Of a stretch of 64,000 bases of DNA, positions 45,401-55,981 are shown piece after piece. The notes under the pieces were generated by a model. That model was given only the letters and a program-made list of their open reading frames with translations. It did not search any database and had not been told where the DNA came from. Source of the stretch: a virus; IMG/VR virus record IMGVR_UViG_3300042691_008527, positions 1 to 64,000 of that record; one strand, written 5' to 3'. Position numbers and translations under genes: made by a program. Every line of letters begins with the position of its first letter. The first letter of the stretch is position 1.

Positions 45401-48400
45401 GTAAAACAGTTGCACCACCAAAAACAACATTTAGACAAAGAGCTGGAACAGTTGGAAGGAGTCTTGTTGGTGGTAGAGCTGGAATGGCTGCTAGTGCTGG
45501 ACTCATGGCTGCATCATTTTTACCAGGCAAGGTTGGGCAGGTTGCGGGAACTGCTGCAACAGCAGCTTTTGGTATCCAGGCTATAACACAGTTTGCTAAA
45601 ATTCTTCCAATACCACATTTAAAAGTTTTTGCTTTAGGACTAACTGCAACAGTTGGAATTATTAAAGCAGTAAATGCAGCAAGAGAAAGAGAACGAGTTT
45701 CTATAGAAGGCTTATCTGATGCTGCAAGTATAACAGCAGAAAAAACAAAACTTCTAGGTGATTTTTTTGGGGTTGCTGCAACAGAAACACCATTTGAAAA
45801 AGATTTAGTTACTGATGTATTAACTCCACAAACACGATCACAAATCTCTTTACTTAGAGAAAATAAAGATTTTCAAAAACAATATAAGACAGATATTGGT
45901 GTATTAAGAGGTGCTACAGATCAAGAAGCATCAAGAGTTTTCCAGTCATTGGCTATAGGATTACAAGGAAAAGGATTTGCAAAAGAGCAGATAAATGTTC
46001 TTATTGCAGCATTACGTGAAGAATCTGGAAAGACTAATGTAACGCTTGATTTTGAATCATTAGATTTAACCACTAAACAAGGCAGGGCTGGAATAAAGAA
46101 AAGCGTTGATAATTTACTTAAAGATTATCAAAAAGAATTTAAGAGTGGTTTTGTTGAAGATTTAGTTGCAGTTGCTTTAGCTCCATCACCAACTCGCTCT
46201 GGTGGTGCAGGAACAAGAGGTGGTGCACAAGGTGGAATTTCATGGGTAAAGCAACTTGTACCATCAAAAGAACTTAAAAAAGAAACAAAACTTATGGCAG
46301 AAGAATTAAAAAATGTTTTTACTGGACTTAGTGGTGCTTTACAAAATGGAGTTATAACAGGAGATCAATTTAATAATACTTTTGAAAAAATACAAGATAG
46401 CATTATGGCTTTGAATGAAAGTAACCCAGCTGCAGCATTAATGATTATAAACGGTGTAATATCACAAATGCCAAAGAAATTTCAAAAAGCTGTAGAAGGT
46501 GTAGATAGTTTGAAAGGAAAAATGCTTCTTCTTAGAATGCAAGCAGTAGGACTTACCTCTAATCTTGCAGGAGTAGCAGAAGCATTAAGGCTAATTGCTA
46601 ATCCAAATGCAGACGTAAGCGATAGAGTTAAGGCTCAGCTTTTGGTAGAAAAAACAATGAAGCAGGTTGCAGAAGCTGCAAAGATAACAGAAAAAGAACT
46701 TAAGAAACTATTTGCTACAGAATCTGCTGGTGGTGGAGGTGGGGGTAAGAAATTTAACCTACTTAAATCCTTAGAGGATAGAATTAAAGCTACACAAAAT
46801 CAAACAAAAGCTTTAAAGGCAATGGAAAAAGCAGGAATTGCTGCATCAGTAGCTACCCAGCTAGCTTCTGATCCAGAAACTGCTGCTGCAATTGCAGCTC
46901 TTGCTGAAAAACCTGGCAAAAAATGGGATGAAGCAACGGAAAAAATAAAAGCTTATGCAGAAGCATTAAGAATGTTGAGAAAATTTGAAGAAGAGCAAGA
47001 GGAAAAAGAAAAAACTCAAGTTGAAAGAATGGGCGAGTCTCTTGATAAACTTAATGCATACTATGACTTACAAGAAGAATTAATCAGATTAAACTATGCA
47101 AACGAGCTAGAAAAAGAAACTAAAAATCTTGAAGATCAGCAAACTGTCCTTGATGATATTAATCGATCAATTGAAAGTATCAATAGAACAATTGAACAAA
47201 AGACAGCCCCACTAACTAAGATTTTAGAAAATAATAATTATGAGCTTGAAAGAATATCTTTTATCGAAGATAAAATTAATGAAAAATATGATAAACAAGA
47301 AGAAGCACTTGACAGAATTGCATCACTACAACAAGATATAGCTAATATTCAAAAGGGTAGGCTATCTATAGCAGATGCTTTGACTCGTGGAGATATTTCC
47401 GCTGCCGCTTCTGCTATCCAAGAGCTTAGAGCAACTCAATCATCAGAGCAAATATCTTCTCAAAGAGATGTCATTGCTGTCGCTAGAAAACAAGAAATAT
47501 CTGCACTCAAGAGAGTAGATATTGAAAAAGAAAATAAATTACTTCAGTTTGAAATAGCAACAATTCAAAGGAATACAGATAAAGCAAGACTAGATGCTCT
47601 TGAACTGCAAAAGAAAACGGTAGAGTCTAATATATTTTTAATTGAAGGAAATATTACATCCATAGAGTCTACAATTCAATCTAAGATAGCTGCTATGGCA
47701 ACAAGATTCCAGGCAATGTTTGGTATAACTAAAACTCAAATAGAGGGAATAGTTAAAGCTTTAGACTTAACTGAGGCTGCTGGTATAAAAGGAAATAAAA
47801 AGACACTTGATTTTGTGTTAGGAGCTGCATCTGGTAATGCTACTGCTTTAAACCATGCATTAGAGGACGCTCCAGCATTATTTGATCCAATCTTAACAAA
47901 ATTTGGAAAGCTATATGATTCTATTAAATCTATATTTGATTATGCTGAAGAATCTACCAAGCCTGCAAAACCAAAGGGTGTTGCTGGACAAGAATGGGTA
48001 TGGGAAAATAATAAATGGGTATTAAAGCCATTAATAAAAGATAAAACATCTACACCACAACAAACTACAGCATTAACAAAAACAGAAGAGGAAATATTTA
48101 AACCTAGCGGACAATCTAGCACTTCTGCACCTATAACTTTTAGAGATATGCCAGATATCGGATTTAGCTCGGGAGCATCTTCTGCTTATACTTCGGCACA
48201 AAAAGATATTGCAGAAAGCACTAAAATATTTGACGATAAAATGGAAAAAGCTACTAGCCTTCTTCAAGATATAAATTCTGCACTACAGGCTGCTGCAAAA
48301 GGAACAATTATTGGGAAACTGGAGGCACTAAATATTCTTGCTCCTGAAGACAAGAGTGTGTCTCTTGTTGGAAGTAAGATAGTTGTTGAAGATTATAGCA

Positions 48401-48768
48401 GTAAATCAACTATAACTTCTTCGGGCGGCGGTGGCGGCGGTGGTGGTGGCATGATGCTTATGATGGCAAAGGGTGGTATGGTAAAACCAAGATATTTTGC
48501 TAATGGAGCATTTGCAAGAGGAACAGATACTATTCCAGCAATGCTATCTCCAGGAGAATTTGTTGTTAGAAAATCTGCTGTAGATAATATTGGAGTAAAT
48601 GCACTTAATAGAATTAATGATGGGGCATCTAGTGGCTCAGGGGTGTATAATTATAACCTCAATGTTACACTCAATGGAACTGACATGGATGCAAACGATG
48701 TTGCTAATGTCGTAATGTCTAGAATTAAACAAATTGATGGACAAAGAATTAGAAGGCAGGTGATTTAG
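42493..48768 (+). CDS. Tape measure protein
   Basis: 2091 aa, helical, TP901-type core, PAMLSPGE motifs. Confidence 0.92.
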   Translation: MADVNSNISINIDSSKALSQLKSLQRQIAQFHLSVAKSSEAAALAQRDLQRNLINSINSIGAFSAELRTVKTSAENFTTSLEKNKFSMREYFRYAGASTKTFGRLFKSEFDTIGRVAEERVKRLQTQYIKLGRDTTGAMKAIAVMPTELNLKDHSTQLQLTAQRQAIFNQLVKQGSTNLLNFGKNTQWAGRQLMVGFTIPITMLGTAAAKTFMDMETAAIKFKKVYGDLFTPAAETQQALDSIQQLGNAFTKYGIAVSDTVSLAAEAAAAGFQGLDLQRQTTEATRLQVLGQIDAQKALETTISLQNAFQMSSEDLAESINFLNAVENQTVVSLDDITTAIPKAAPVVKQLGGDVKDLAFFMAAMKEGGINASEGANALKSGLASLINPTDKAREMMQGFGIDIDSIVNKNAGNVKQTVIEFAMALDNLSDLNRQRAIEQLFGKFQLARLSTLFENVTKSGNQASRVLDLATASTGDLAAMAEKELGMTAESAMNKFRKAVEDLKVALVPLGKVFLETVTPILESLGGILDKFASLSEGSKKAIAILTIAVGGIAPVLLMTFGLLANFIANGIKFFALLRNGYLRLTGQSKILGAQTQYLTTEQLDAAAAAHSLNQSHANLTQTFSVETKALNQLIAAYRSAATAARNFAQTNPGMMAPIPGRRGGKKYSDGVSSVPGPRGAGDIVPAMLSPGEAVIPAKMVEKYAPLIQGMVAGNIPGFQKGLFPGYTNAVTLLSSAANQGLKGKSGYSASALAKEFSKGGAGIQAPIVRAMAEAMGATNANDVVKMIKNDPNLAKFGESISKGVAEELAKKTGKVTDPELSKIYNKVARTQAKKFGKTYQAATNKFLTQVTTFEDVTRTRVSQSTGRKRSIGRAAIFKNVGSYRGKEFGKIAGALGLSSIAGLVKAHMTPAQEINLMEMAKSGELTPTAIAAAERAGTVIPVEVKKEVKKQASKKKTTATRRPTTQSGKTVAPPKTTFRQRAGTVGRSLVGGRAGMAASAGLMAASFLPGKVGQVAGTAATAAFGIQAITQFAKILPIPHLKVFALGLTATVGIIKAVNAARERERVSIEGLSDAASITAEKTKLLGDFFGVAATETPFEKDLVTDVLTPQTRSQISLLRENKDFQKQYKTDIGVLRGATDQEASRVFQSLAIGLQGKGFAKEQINVLIAALREESGKTNVTLDFESLDLTTKQGRAGIKKSVDNLLKDYQKEFKSGFVEDLVAVALAPSPTRSGGAGTRGGAQGGISWVKQLVPSKELKKETKLMAEELKNVFTGLSGALQNGVITGDQFNNTFEKIQDSIMALNESNPAAALMIINGVISQMPKKFQKAVEGVDSLKGKMLLLRMQAVGLTSNLAGVAEALRLIANPNADVSDRVKAQLLVEKTMKQVAEAAKITEKELKKLFATESAGGGGGGKKFNLLKSLEDRIKATQNQTKALKAMEKAGIAASVATQLASDPETAAAIAALAEKPGKKWDEATEKIKAYAEALRMLRKFEEEQEEKEKTQVERMGESLDKLNAYYDLQEELIRLNYANELEKETKNLEDQQTVLDDINRSIESINRTIEQKTAPLTKILENNNYELERISFIEDKINEKYDKQEEALDRIASLQQDIANIQKGRLSIADALTRGDISAAASAIQELRATQSSEQISSQRDVIAVARKQEISALKRVDIEKENKLLQFEIATIQRNTDKARLDALELQKKTVESNIFLIEGNITSIESTIQSKIAAMATRFQAMFGITKTQIEGIVKALDLTEAAGIKGNKKTLDFVLGAASGNATALNHALEDAPALFDPILTKFGKLYDSIKSIFDYAEESTKPAKPKGVAGQEWVWENNKWVLKPLIKDKTSTPQQTTALTKTEEEIFKPSGQSSTSAPITFRDMPDIGFSSGASSAYTSAQKDIAESTKIFDDKMEKATSLLQDINSALQAAAKGTIIGKLEALNILAPEDKSVSLVGSKIVVEDYSSKSTITSSGGGGGGGGGMMLMMAKGGMVKPRYFANGAFARGTDTIPAMLSPGEFVVRKSAVDNIGVNALNRINDGASSGSGVYNYNLNVTLNGTDMDANDVANVVMSRIKQIDGQRIRRQVI

Positions 48769-49448
48769 TGACTACTACTGGATACATGGCTGGACGACAA
48801 AAATGGTATCGACCACAGGCAATGTTGTGGTCAGAAGATCAGGGTACCCTAGTAGATGGTAAATATATTCCTCTAGGAGTAGAAACCTTGTCTGACCTAT
48901 CTGGAGTTCAACCAGCAAATAGATTCTTAATTTTATCAGATCATAATCGTGCACCAATTGATATTTATCCAGAAAGAATAGAGCAAAAGCGTAGAATGGT
49001 CAATGGGACTTTACGATCATATCATATAGCCGATAAATTAAAAATTTCAACCTCATGGTCGTTATTACCATCACGAAGCTTTTCTTTTAGACCAGATTTT
49101 AATCAATCTACTGGATTACCAGATACTACATCTACTATTGCAAATCCTAATCCGCCACCAGCATTTTATCCAGTAGAAGAATATACTGCAGATGGTGGTG
49201 CAGGTGGAGTGGAAATGTTATCTTGGTATCAGTCTCATACTGGACCATTTTGGGTATTCTTAGCGTACGATAAATATATTAATTTTGGTGTAACAGATAC
49301 AGCATATACAAACTTACCTAATTATAATCAAATTGTACAAATGCAAATATCATCTTTTGATTACTCTATTATAAAAAGAAGCGGAGCTAACGCTAGTTTT
49401 AACGGTTACGACATGTGGAATGTCTCCGTAACATTGGAAGAGGTATAG
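48768..49448 (+). CDS. Distal tail (Dit-like) protein
   Basis: Follows tape measure; RRMVNGTLRSY; ends WNVSVTLEEV. Confidence 0.7.
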   Translation: MTTTGYMAGRQKWYRPQAMLWSEDQGTLVDGKYIPLGVETLSDLSGVQPANRFLILSDHNRAPIDIYPERIEQKRRMVNGTLRSYHIADKLKISTSWSLLPSRSFSFRPDFNQSTGLPDTTSTIANPNPPPAFYPVEEYTADGGAGGVEMLSWYQSHTGPFWVFLAYDKYINFGVTDTAYTNLPNYNQIVQMQISSFDYSIIKRSGANASFNGYDMWNVSVTLEEV

Positions 49449-49449
49449 T

Positions 49450-52400
49450 ATGTTTCAAGATGAAGATTTAAAGGATCATCTTGAATCCTCATTTAGTATT
49501 AATACTGGGTCTTTATTAACTGCAGAATGGAATATGAATATTCCTGGCAATATTTTTAAATTAGGTAATTATAGATATCGTAAAAATTCTGCACAGTTTT
49601 CTGCATTGCCAAATATATTTGATAGGAATGATGCTGGTGGATTTTATACTGGTGCAACAGATGCTGATATAACAATAGAATCGGGTCTTGAAAGTGATGG
49701 TATTACACCAATGCTATTTACATACAATAAAGAAAAAGAAAAGCTTTATTATTCTTTAGAGGATTGCATTAAACCATTTAGGCCAAGATCTGGAATAAAC
49801 AAAGCTTCATTTTTTACAAATAATTATTTTGCCCATGCAAATCAAAATATGTATCAAAGACCAAGATTTTATATGCCAGATAAAGAAGATCAGTTTAAAT
49901 ATTGGAGATCATACAGAACAGAAAGTTCTGGTTCCACTATTCAGTCAAGCAATAAAGAATATGGGATATCTAAAAATGATAGCAATGGTTTATTTACGAT
50001 TGATGATGCAGTTCCATTTGTTGTATATAAAAATGAAGTTCCAACTAATAGAATTATTTTAAAAACTCAAACATATGTTGGCAACGTAAACCTTGGTCCT
50101 TTTACAACTCAAACAGCTGTTAATGCTACAGATCCATTCTACGGTGAAGAAAATAAAAGGGTGCCAGTTAGGTTTATTGTTCAATATCTTGATAGCGATA
50201 ATAAATGGAATGATGCTTATGAATTTGATGAAAATAGTTTACGTCCAGATAATATAAGTCCAATATTTAATTCAGATGGATATTTAAGTTTAGAGTATGG
50301 ACTAAGCGTTCCAGAACAATATCAAGAAAACTTTGTATTTGTTGGAACAGTTTACGATACTTCTGCATTGCCAACAACAACTACTATTGGTCACGCATAC
50401 CTATATACCGCAGAATTATTTACCCGTGGAACTTTATATATTTATAACGGAGTTACATATGATACTTTTACTCCAGAATATATATGGCAGATAGGATCAG
50501 ATTCTGTTGGGGAGTCAACCCCATTTGTATCTGATTTAACTGATCCAGATTATTTTTCTAATCCAGGCGATGGTAAAAAAATATACCGTGAAATGGTATT
50601 TATCAAAGGTATTCGTATAGTTGTAGAAACAATGTCATTGCCAAATATACCGTTTGAATTGATTGAAATGTCACCTAGACTTGTAGTAGATCTTAGTGAA
50701 AGATTAACTAATTTTGAGGTAAACAAAGTGTTATCAGATATAGGAATAACTGGATTACCAGTTGGACAAATTAATGCTTCTACTGGAAGTTTAGAACTAT
50801 TTGATGATGATAGCGCTTTTAATGTGAATAATGCCTGGAATGGTACCACTGGTAGTATCATTTCTGGATATTTAGATACAAATATAAAATTTGTTTTTTA
50901 TGAAATAATTAAAAATGTTAATAATGTTAATTATTTAATTCCTATCAAAACATTGTACTCAGAAGGTATCCCGCAGGTTGACCAATCAAATGGGACTATC
51001 TCTGTTGATCTTAGAGACTTATTTTTTTACTTTGAGTCATTAGATGCTCCGCAAGTTTTACTATCTGAAATATCTTTGAGTCAGGCTATTTGTATATTAT
51101 TAGATTCTATTGGATTTTCTAATTATATTTTTAAAAGATTATCTGATGAGTCAGATCCAGTAATACCATTCTTTTTTGTAGCACCAAATCAAAATGTTGC
51201 AGAGGTATTAAATGAACTTGCCATAGCAACACAATCTGCAATGTTTTTTGATGAATATAATAATTTTGTCATAATGTCTAAAGATTATCTTTTAGATGAT
51301 ACTGGAGAAAGACCAGTAGATTTAGTTCTATATGGATCAAGCAATCCAACAATGACGGGCATTGTAGAAAATAACTATACTGCACCACTTTCTAATATTG
51401 CTGCCATAGCATCTGATGAAAGAAAAGTTTTTAATGATGGACAAATTAATTATACTTCAAGATATATCCAAAGATCTTACGGAAGCTTAAAACAAGCTCA
51501 ACTTGCTGATCAAGATAGAACATGGATATATAAACCAGTTCTTTTGTGGGAGGTTGCTGGAACAGAGGCAACAAAAAGCTTAAATAATGAAAGACAAGAA
51601 AAGTATACTCTTGGAGCAATGCCGCTAAACTCTGATTTATCTATTCAAGTACCATATGTACAAAATAGAGAGTTAAAGTCAAACGTTATGGATTTCGGTG
51701 AGAACATCTATTATATAACCAGATTTCAAGGTTATTTTTATTCTAGTGGAGAAATAATCAAATATGATGCTGTTCAGCATAACATCACTTTGCCAGTCTG
51801 TTATCCAAAAAATACTGATGGGTCTATAAATACAAATAAACCATTAATATTGACAAGAGACCAATCTGTTCCCGCTGGATATGTTATTGGAAGCAGTAAC
51901 GTCTGGATTACAAACAATCTTGATTATCAAAAATATTTTTCATCATTACCATTTAATGGAAAAATGTATCCAACTGGTCTAGTTAGAATATATGCTGAGC
52001 CGTACTATGAAACGATTGATGGAATTACAAAGATAAAAAATGGACCAGTTGCAGAGCATGGTCGTGGTCAGTTTGGAACCCCAATTGTTGCACACAGCGC
52101 TGGGCTGGATTCATATTGGACTAACAATGCATATGTGCAAGGATGTCAGATGGCATCACAGTACTTGTATACAACAGACCTTGACCCAACATCTAATCCA
52201 TCATTTCCTAGCATTACAACAGGAGTAGCAGGACTTAGTACAAATATTGCAGCTAAATCTCAAAGAAATGGAATTATTAGAAACTTTTTATCATCTGGAT
52301 ATTCTACAGAAACTAGCGTTTCATTTCTTAAAACAGCACAAACTGGAACAGTCCAATCTTCAGCTTTGGTATTTAATGGACCTTCATTTGAAGCAACAGA

Positions 52401-53916
52401 AAATCCAAGAAATTTTATAAGTTATGCATGGAAAACCTTGGCTGGAGCATATAAACATTTTGGTACGAGAATGAGAATTGTTGGCAAGGTAGAGTCAGCG
52501 TCTGATAATGCTCAAAGTCCAGTTGGCGGCATGACATATTATAGTGTTACTAGTACAGATCCAACCCAGCCAATTACAATTGGTGGTGGTTCTGGCGGTG
52601 TAGCAATTGTTAATCCACTTACAAATAATGGTTACTTTTTTGAAATTGCTGCATTAACATCTGCAGACATAACATCATATTTAAACCTTGATCAGGAAGG
52701 TCAGCCAAGTATAGCAATTGATAATATTATGTTTTATAAAATACAGCAGCAAACATCGACTACAAATGCAATACCATATAAACTTTGGGGCGGAAATGGT
52801 AAGATTTTGGTAGATGATGGTAGCTTTGTTGGTCAATACAGATTTATTGGTGATGAAAATCCAACAGTATACGATCTTGCTATAGAGTATGTTGATATTA
52901 ATGAAACAACTAGGGTATTTTATTTATATATTAATCAAAGGCTTATTCGTGTAGTTACTGATACAAATCCAATACCGCTTATTAATACATCTGTAGCTAT
53001 GTTTGTTCGTGGCACATCTAAGATTATGTTTGAAAATATTTATGCTCTCAGTAAAAACTATGCAGACAATTCAGTATATGATCTTAATGCCCCGATAGCC
53101 TCGGCGTTTATCGGGTTTGATGACAAAGAAATTGACGCAAGCGAAGCATTAACAAAATATGCAATAAGCGGTGTTGTACAAAAAACATATTTAAGTGGAA
53201 TTAACACTTCTACCACAAAAAGCTTTGACATGTATTATGATGAGTTTGGTTCTATAATGAGAGAGTGTGCATACTTTAATGTTAAATATGATCGTGCATT
53301 CCCTGCTCTTTACGCACAGATAGCTCCAACATTTAATAAGATTCGTGGGTATACAATATCAGGGTTTTTGGCTGGGGCATATGGAGCAGAATTCTTAGTA
53401 TTTAATAATACAGATACACTACTTAACCTAGATGAAACAACTGGAAACTATCTAAGAATTCTTGGTGTTACTTTTACCCAAGACACAACTAATACAATAA
53501 CGGTTGATGATTATTTTAAGAAAATAGGTAATTTTTCTAATCCAATGCTACAAGGAGATGTTGTTTTGCAATCTCCATATAGAGTTTTACAAGATTATGA
53601 CCAAGTTAGAACTAGTAGAATTCTTTATGGCAAAAGTAGCTTCGCAATTGAAAGCATGTATATTCAAGATCAAGATACTGCTGAAAATCTCATTGGATGG
53701 ATTGTCGGCAAAAGCTTAAGGCCTAGAAAAGTTGTTGGCATTGACTTATTCTCTATGCCAATTCTGCAGCTAGGAGATATAGTAAATATTAACTATAAGA
53801 ATAATGATGATATTGATGTGGTTGCGCCAGCAGATACAAGGTTTGTAGTATATAATATAGACTACTCAAAATCTTTGGAAGGACCTGAGATGACTGTATA
53901 TCTCAGCGAGGTGTAA
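49450..53916 (+). CDS. Baseplate hub/Tal-like tail protein
   Basis: 1488 aa; FFDEYNNFV; PILQLGDIV. Confidence 0.7.
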   Translation: MFQDEDLKDHLESSFSINTGSLLTAEWNMNIPGNIFKLGNYRYRKNSAQFSALPNIFDRNDAGGFYTGATDADITIESGLESDGITPMLFTYNKEKEKLYYSLEDCIKPFRPRSGINKASFFTNNYFAHANQNMYQRPRFYMPDKEDQFKYWRSYRTESSGSTIQSSNKEYGISKNDSNGLFTIDDAVPFVVYKNEVPTNRIILKTQTYVGNVNLGPFTTQTAVNATDPFYGEENKRVPVRFIVQYLDSDNKWNDAYEFDENSLRPDNISPIFNSDGYLSLEYGLSVPEQYQENFVFVGTVYDTSALPTTTTIGHAYLYTAELFTRGTLYIYNGVTYDTFTPEYIWQIGSDSVGESTPFVSDLTDPDYFSNPGDGKKIYREMVFIKGIRIVVETMSLPNIPFELIEMSPRLVVDLSERLTNFEVNKVLSDIGITGLPVGQINASTGSLELFDDDSAFNVNNAWNGTTGSIISGYLDTNIKFVFYEIIKNVNNVNYLIPIKTLYSEGIPQVDQSNGTISVDLRDLFFYFESLDAPQVLLSEISLSQAICILLDSIGFSNYIFKRLSDESDPVIPFFFVAPNQNVAEVLNELAIATQSAMFFDEYNNFVIMSKDYLLDDTGERPVDLVLYGSSNPTMTGIVENNYTAPLSNIAAIASDERKVFNDGQINYTSRYIQRSYGSLKQAQLADQDRTWIYKPVLLWEVAGTEATKSLNNERQEKYTLGAMPLNSDLSIQVPYVQNRELKSNVMDFGENIYYITRFQGYFYSSGEIIKYDAVQHNITLPVCYPKNTDGSINTNKPLILTRDQSVPAGYVIGSSNVWITNNLDYQKYFSSLPFNGKMYPTGLVRIYAEPYYETIDGITKIKNGPVAEHGRGQFGTPIVAHSAGLDSYWTNNAYVQGCQMASQYLYTTDLDPTSNPSFPSITTGVAGLSTNIAAKSQRNGIIRNFLSSGYSTETSVSFLKTAQTGTVQSSALVFNGPSFEATENPRNFISYAWKTLAGAYKHFGTRMRIVGKVESASDNAQSPVGGMTYYSVTSTDPTQPITIGGGSGGVAIVNPLTNNGYFFEIAALTSADITSYLNLDQEGQPSIAIDNIMFYKIQQQTSTTNAIPYKLWGGNGKILVDDGSFVGQYRFIGDENPTVYDLAIEYVDINETTRVFYLYINQRLIRVVTDTNPIPLINTSVAMFVRGTSKIMFENIYALSKNYADNSVYDLNAPIASAFIGFDDKEIDASEALTKYAISGVVQKTYLSGINTSTTKSFDMYYDEFGSIMRECAYFNVKYDRAFPALYAQIAPTFNKIRGYTISGFLAGAYGAEFLVFNNTDTLLNLDETTGNYLRILGVTFTQDTTNTITVDDYFKKIGNFSNPMLQGDVVLQSPYRVLQDYDQVRTSRILYGKSSFAIESMYIQDQDTAENLIGWIVGKSLRPRKVVGIDLFSMPILQLGDIVNINYKNNDDIDVVAPADTRFVVYNIDYSKSLEGPEMTVYLSEV

Positions 53917-53918
53917 TA

Positions 53919-54419
53919 ATGGTTCAAGCAACTCCTTACAGCAGCGGATACTCTGTTTCTCCAGATATAATGAGTCTTTTAAATTTAAATAAAAATGTTA
54001 AAACTGCAACTCCAGACATTATTGAATTTGATGATGCAGATTTAATTGCAAATGCAGAGATTATTGCTGATCTGCTATTTGAAAATATTGGTGGACAAGA
54101 AATTCTTAGCATGGCACGATATGATACTGTAAATGGACAGGATATTGCCTATCAGCCAATAAAAAACTTAAAAATAATTAATCAAGAATTTAGTCCAACC
54201 AACCTACTTAGATTACAAAAAACATCAGATAGAATTTTTGCAAACTTTCCAATTAAACTGCTAACTAAAGTTCCAAATGAGGGAAACGGTCCAGATGGAA
54301 CAAATGTATACAGAAATACAGACGGATCTATTGTTTTAGAATTTGTTAATTTAGCAGAAGATGAGCAAATTGAAATTCAAATAGCTACTAGTGGTACAAT
54401 ATATGAGGCAGGTATATAA
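53919..54419 (+). CDS. Minor tail protein
   Basis: Operon context. Confidence 0.6.
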   Translation: MVQATPYSSGYSVSPDIMSLLNLNKNVKTATPDIIEFDDADLIANAEIIADLLFENIGGQEILSMARYDTVNGQDIAYQPIKNLKIINQEFSPTNLLRLQKTSDRIFANFPIKLLTKVPNEGNGPDGTNVYRNTDGSIVLEFVNLAEDEQIEIQIATSGTIYEAGI

Positions 54420-55981
54420 TGATAACTAATACTGGTAAAGAGATTATTGCAAAATATCTTTTGGGCACTGCCCCAGCCTATGCATCTTATATTGCGTTGG
54501 GCTGTGGTGCCAAACCTAGGCCTGCCGCTACAACAATATCTAGCATAAGCTCTGCCTCAACTACATTCACTGTTGGAGGCGGCGGCAATACTGATGCTCT
54601 TTGGGTCGGTGCAAAAATAACAAAGACTAGCGGCACAGGAACACTAAATACATCTGGAGACACTATTGTTACAGCAGTTAATAGTTCTACAACCTTTACA
54701 GTTAATCTTGCCCCATCTGTAGCCCTTTCTGGTGCAACAATTTCAATAATGGCAGACCCATCCACTGAAGTATTAGATTTTGAAATGTTTAGAATTCCTA
54801 TTACTTCTCAAGGATATATTAATGATAGTGGAATCAACAAAATAGTTTTAACTGCAGAGTTACCAACAGAAGAAAGATATGAAATTACTGAAGTTGGTAT
54901 TTTTTCTGCTGGATCAAATTCGCTTGCTGGTGCACAGGATAGCCGAGTAATATATTCTTTCTCGGGGGATGAAAACTGGGAGTATCATGGCCCTGGATCT
55001 GCAATAGATATTCCAACTGTCTTGGCTCCACTAGATTCTGCAAATGATGATGTCATTGACGTTACATATCCAGTATTTGAGACAAATGCAGATAATAGAA
55101 CTTTTAGTTCTCAAGATAGAATAGACAGATATGAAGAGCCAAGATTTTTAAATAATACAATTATCATGATTGGTAATAACTCAAATCTAGGTAAGTCAGT
55201 ATCAGTAACAAATGCAGCAGGAACTGGAGCTGTAGTTACATATACAACTGCTCTACCACATACATTAGTTCCAGGAGATACAATCACAGTAACTGGAGTA
55301 AATCCATCCGCATACAATCTTACTGGTGTAACTGTTGCAACTACCCCAACAAATACAACCTTTACTGTAAACAATGCAGCTACTGGAGCATATGTGTCTG
55401 GGGGCAGCATTGCCACTACACATCTTATAGTTAATAGCGGCTCCTATCATATTCACTTGACTGGTGCAAATGTTAATTTTGATAGAAATTCCCCATCTGA
55501 TCTTATGAAGCTTGCATTTTCTGTTATCAATAAAGATGGGGATAGCCTAGATGTTCCAGATACAGTAAGAATATTATTAGATTTTGCATCAACAGATGTT
55601 GCTGGAACTGGTGAGTTTGCTAGATTTGAAGTAGATATTACAAATGGTACTGGTGTTGGACAATATGATTTAGAAAGTAATAGATATGTGGTTATTGAAA
55701 AACAACTTCAGGAACTATATAAAAGCTCAGGATTTACTTGGGAAGCAGTTGATGTTGTAAAAATTTATGCTTGTGTTATTGATGGCGGATCTCCATCATC
55801 AAATTTCTATGTAGCATTAGACGCAATCAGATTAGATAATGTTGGAACTCCAAACCCACTATATGGAATGACTGGGTATTCAATTGTTCAAGACTCCATT
55901 AATACAATTCCACAACCAGTTGTTAAGTTGTCAAACACTACAAACTTTATTGAATTTAGATTTGGGTTAGAGGTTTCATAA
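54419..55981 (+). CDS. Minor tail/baseplate protein with inserted beta domains
   Basis: MITNTGK..IAKY, YIALG, EITEVGIFS. Confidence 0.7.
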   Translation: MITNTGKEIIAKYLLGTAPAYASYIALGCGAKPRPAATTISSISSASTTFTVGGGGNTDALWVGAKITKTSGTGTLNTSGDTIVTAVNSSTTFTVNLAPSVALSGATISIMADPSTEVLDFEMFRIPITSQGYINDSGINKIVLTAELPTEERYEITEVGIFSAGSNSLAGAQDSRVIYSFSGDENWEYHGPGSAIDIPTVLAPLDSANDDVIDVTYPVFETNADNRTFSSQDRIDRYEEPRFLNNTIIMIGNNSNLGKSVSVTNAAGTGAVVTYTTALPHTLVPGDTITVTGVNPSAYNLTGVTVATTPTNTTFTVNNAATGAYVSGGSIATTHLIVNSGSYHIHLTGANVNFDRNSPSDLMKLAFSVINKDGDSLDVPDTVRILLDFASTDVAGTGEFARFEVDITNGTGVGQYDLESNRYVVIEKQLQELYKSSGFTWEAVDVVKIYACVIDGGSPSSNFYVALDAIRLDNVGTPNPLYGMTGYSIVQDSINTIPQPVVKLSNTTNFIEFRFGLEVS

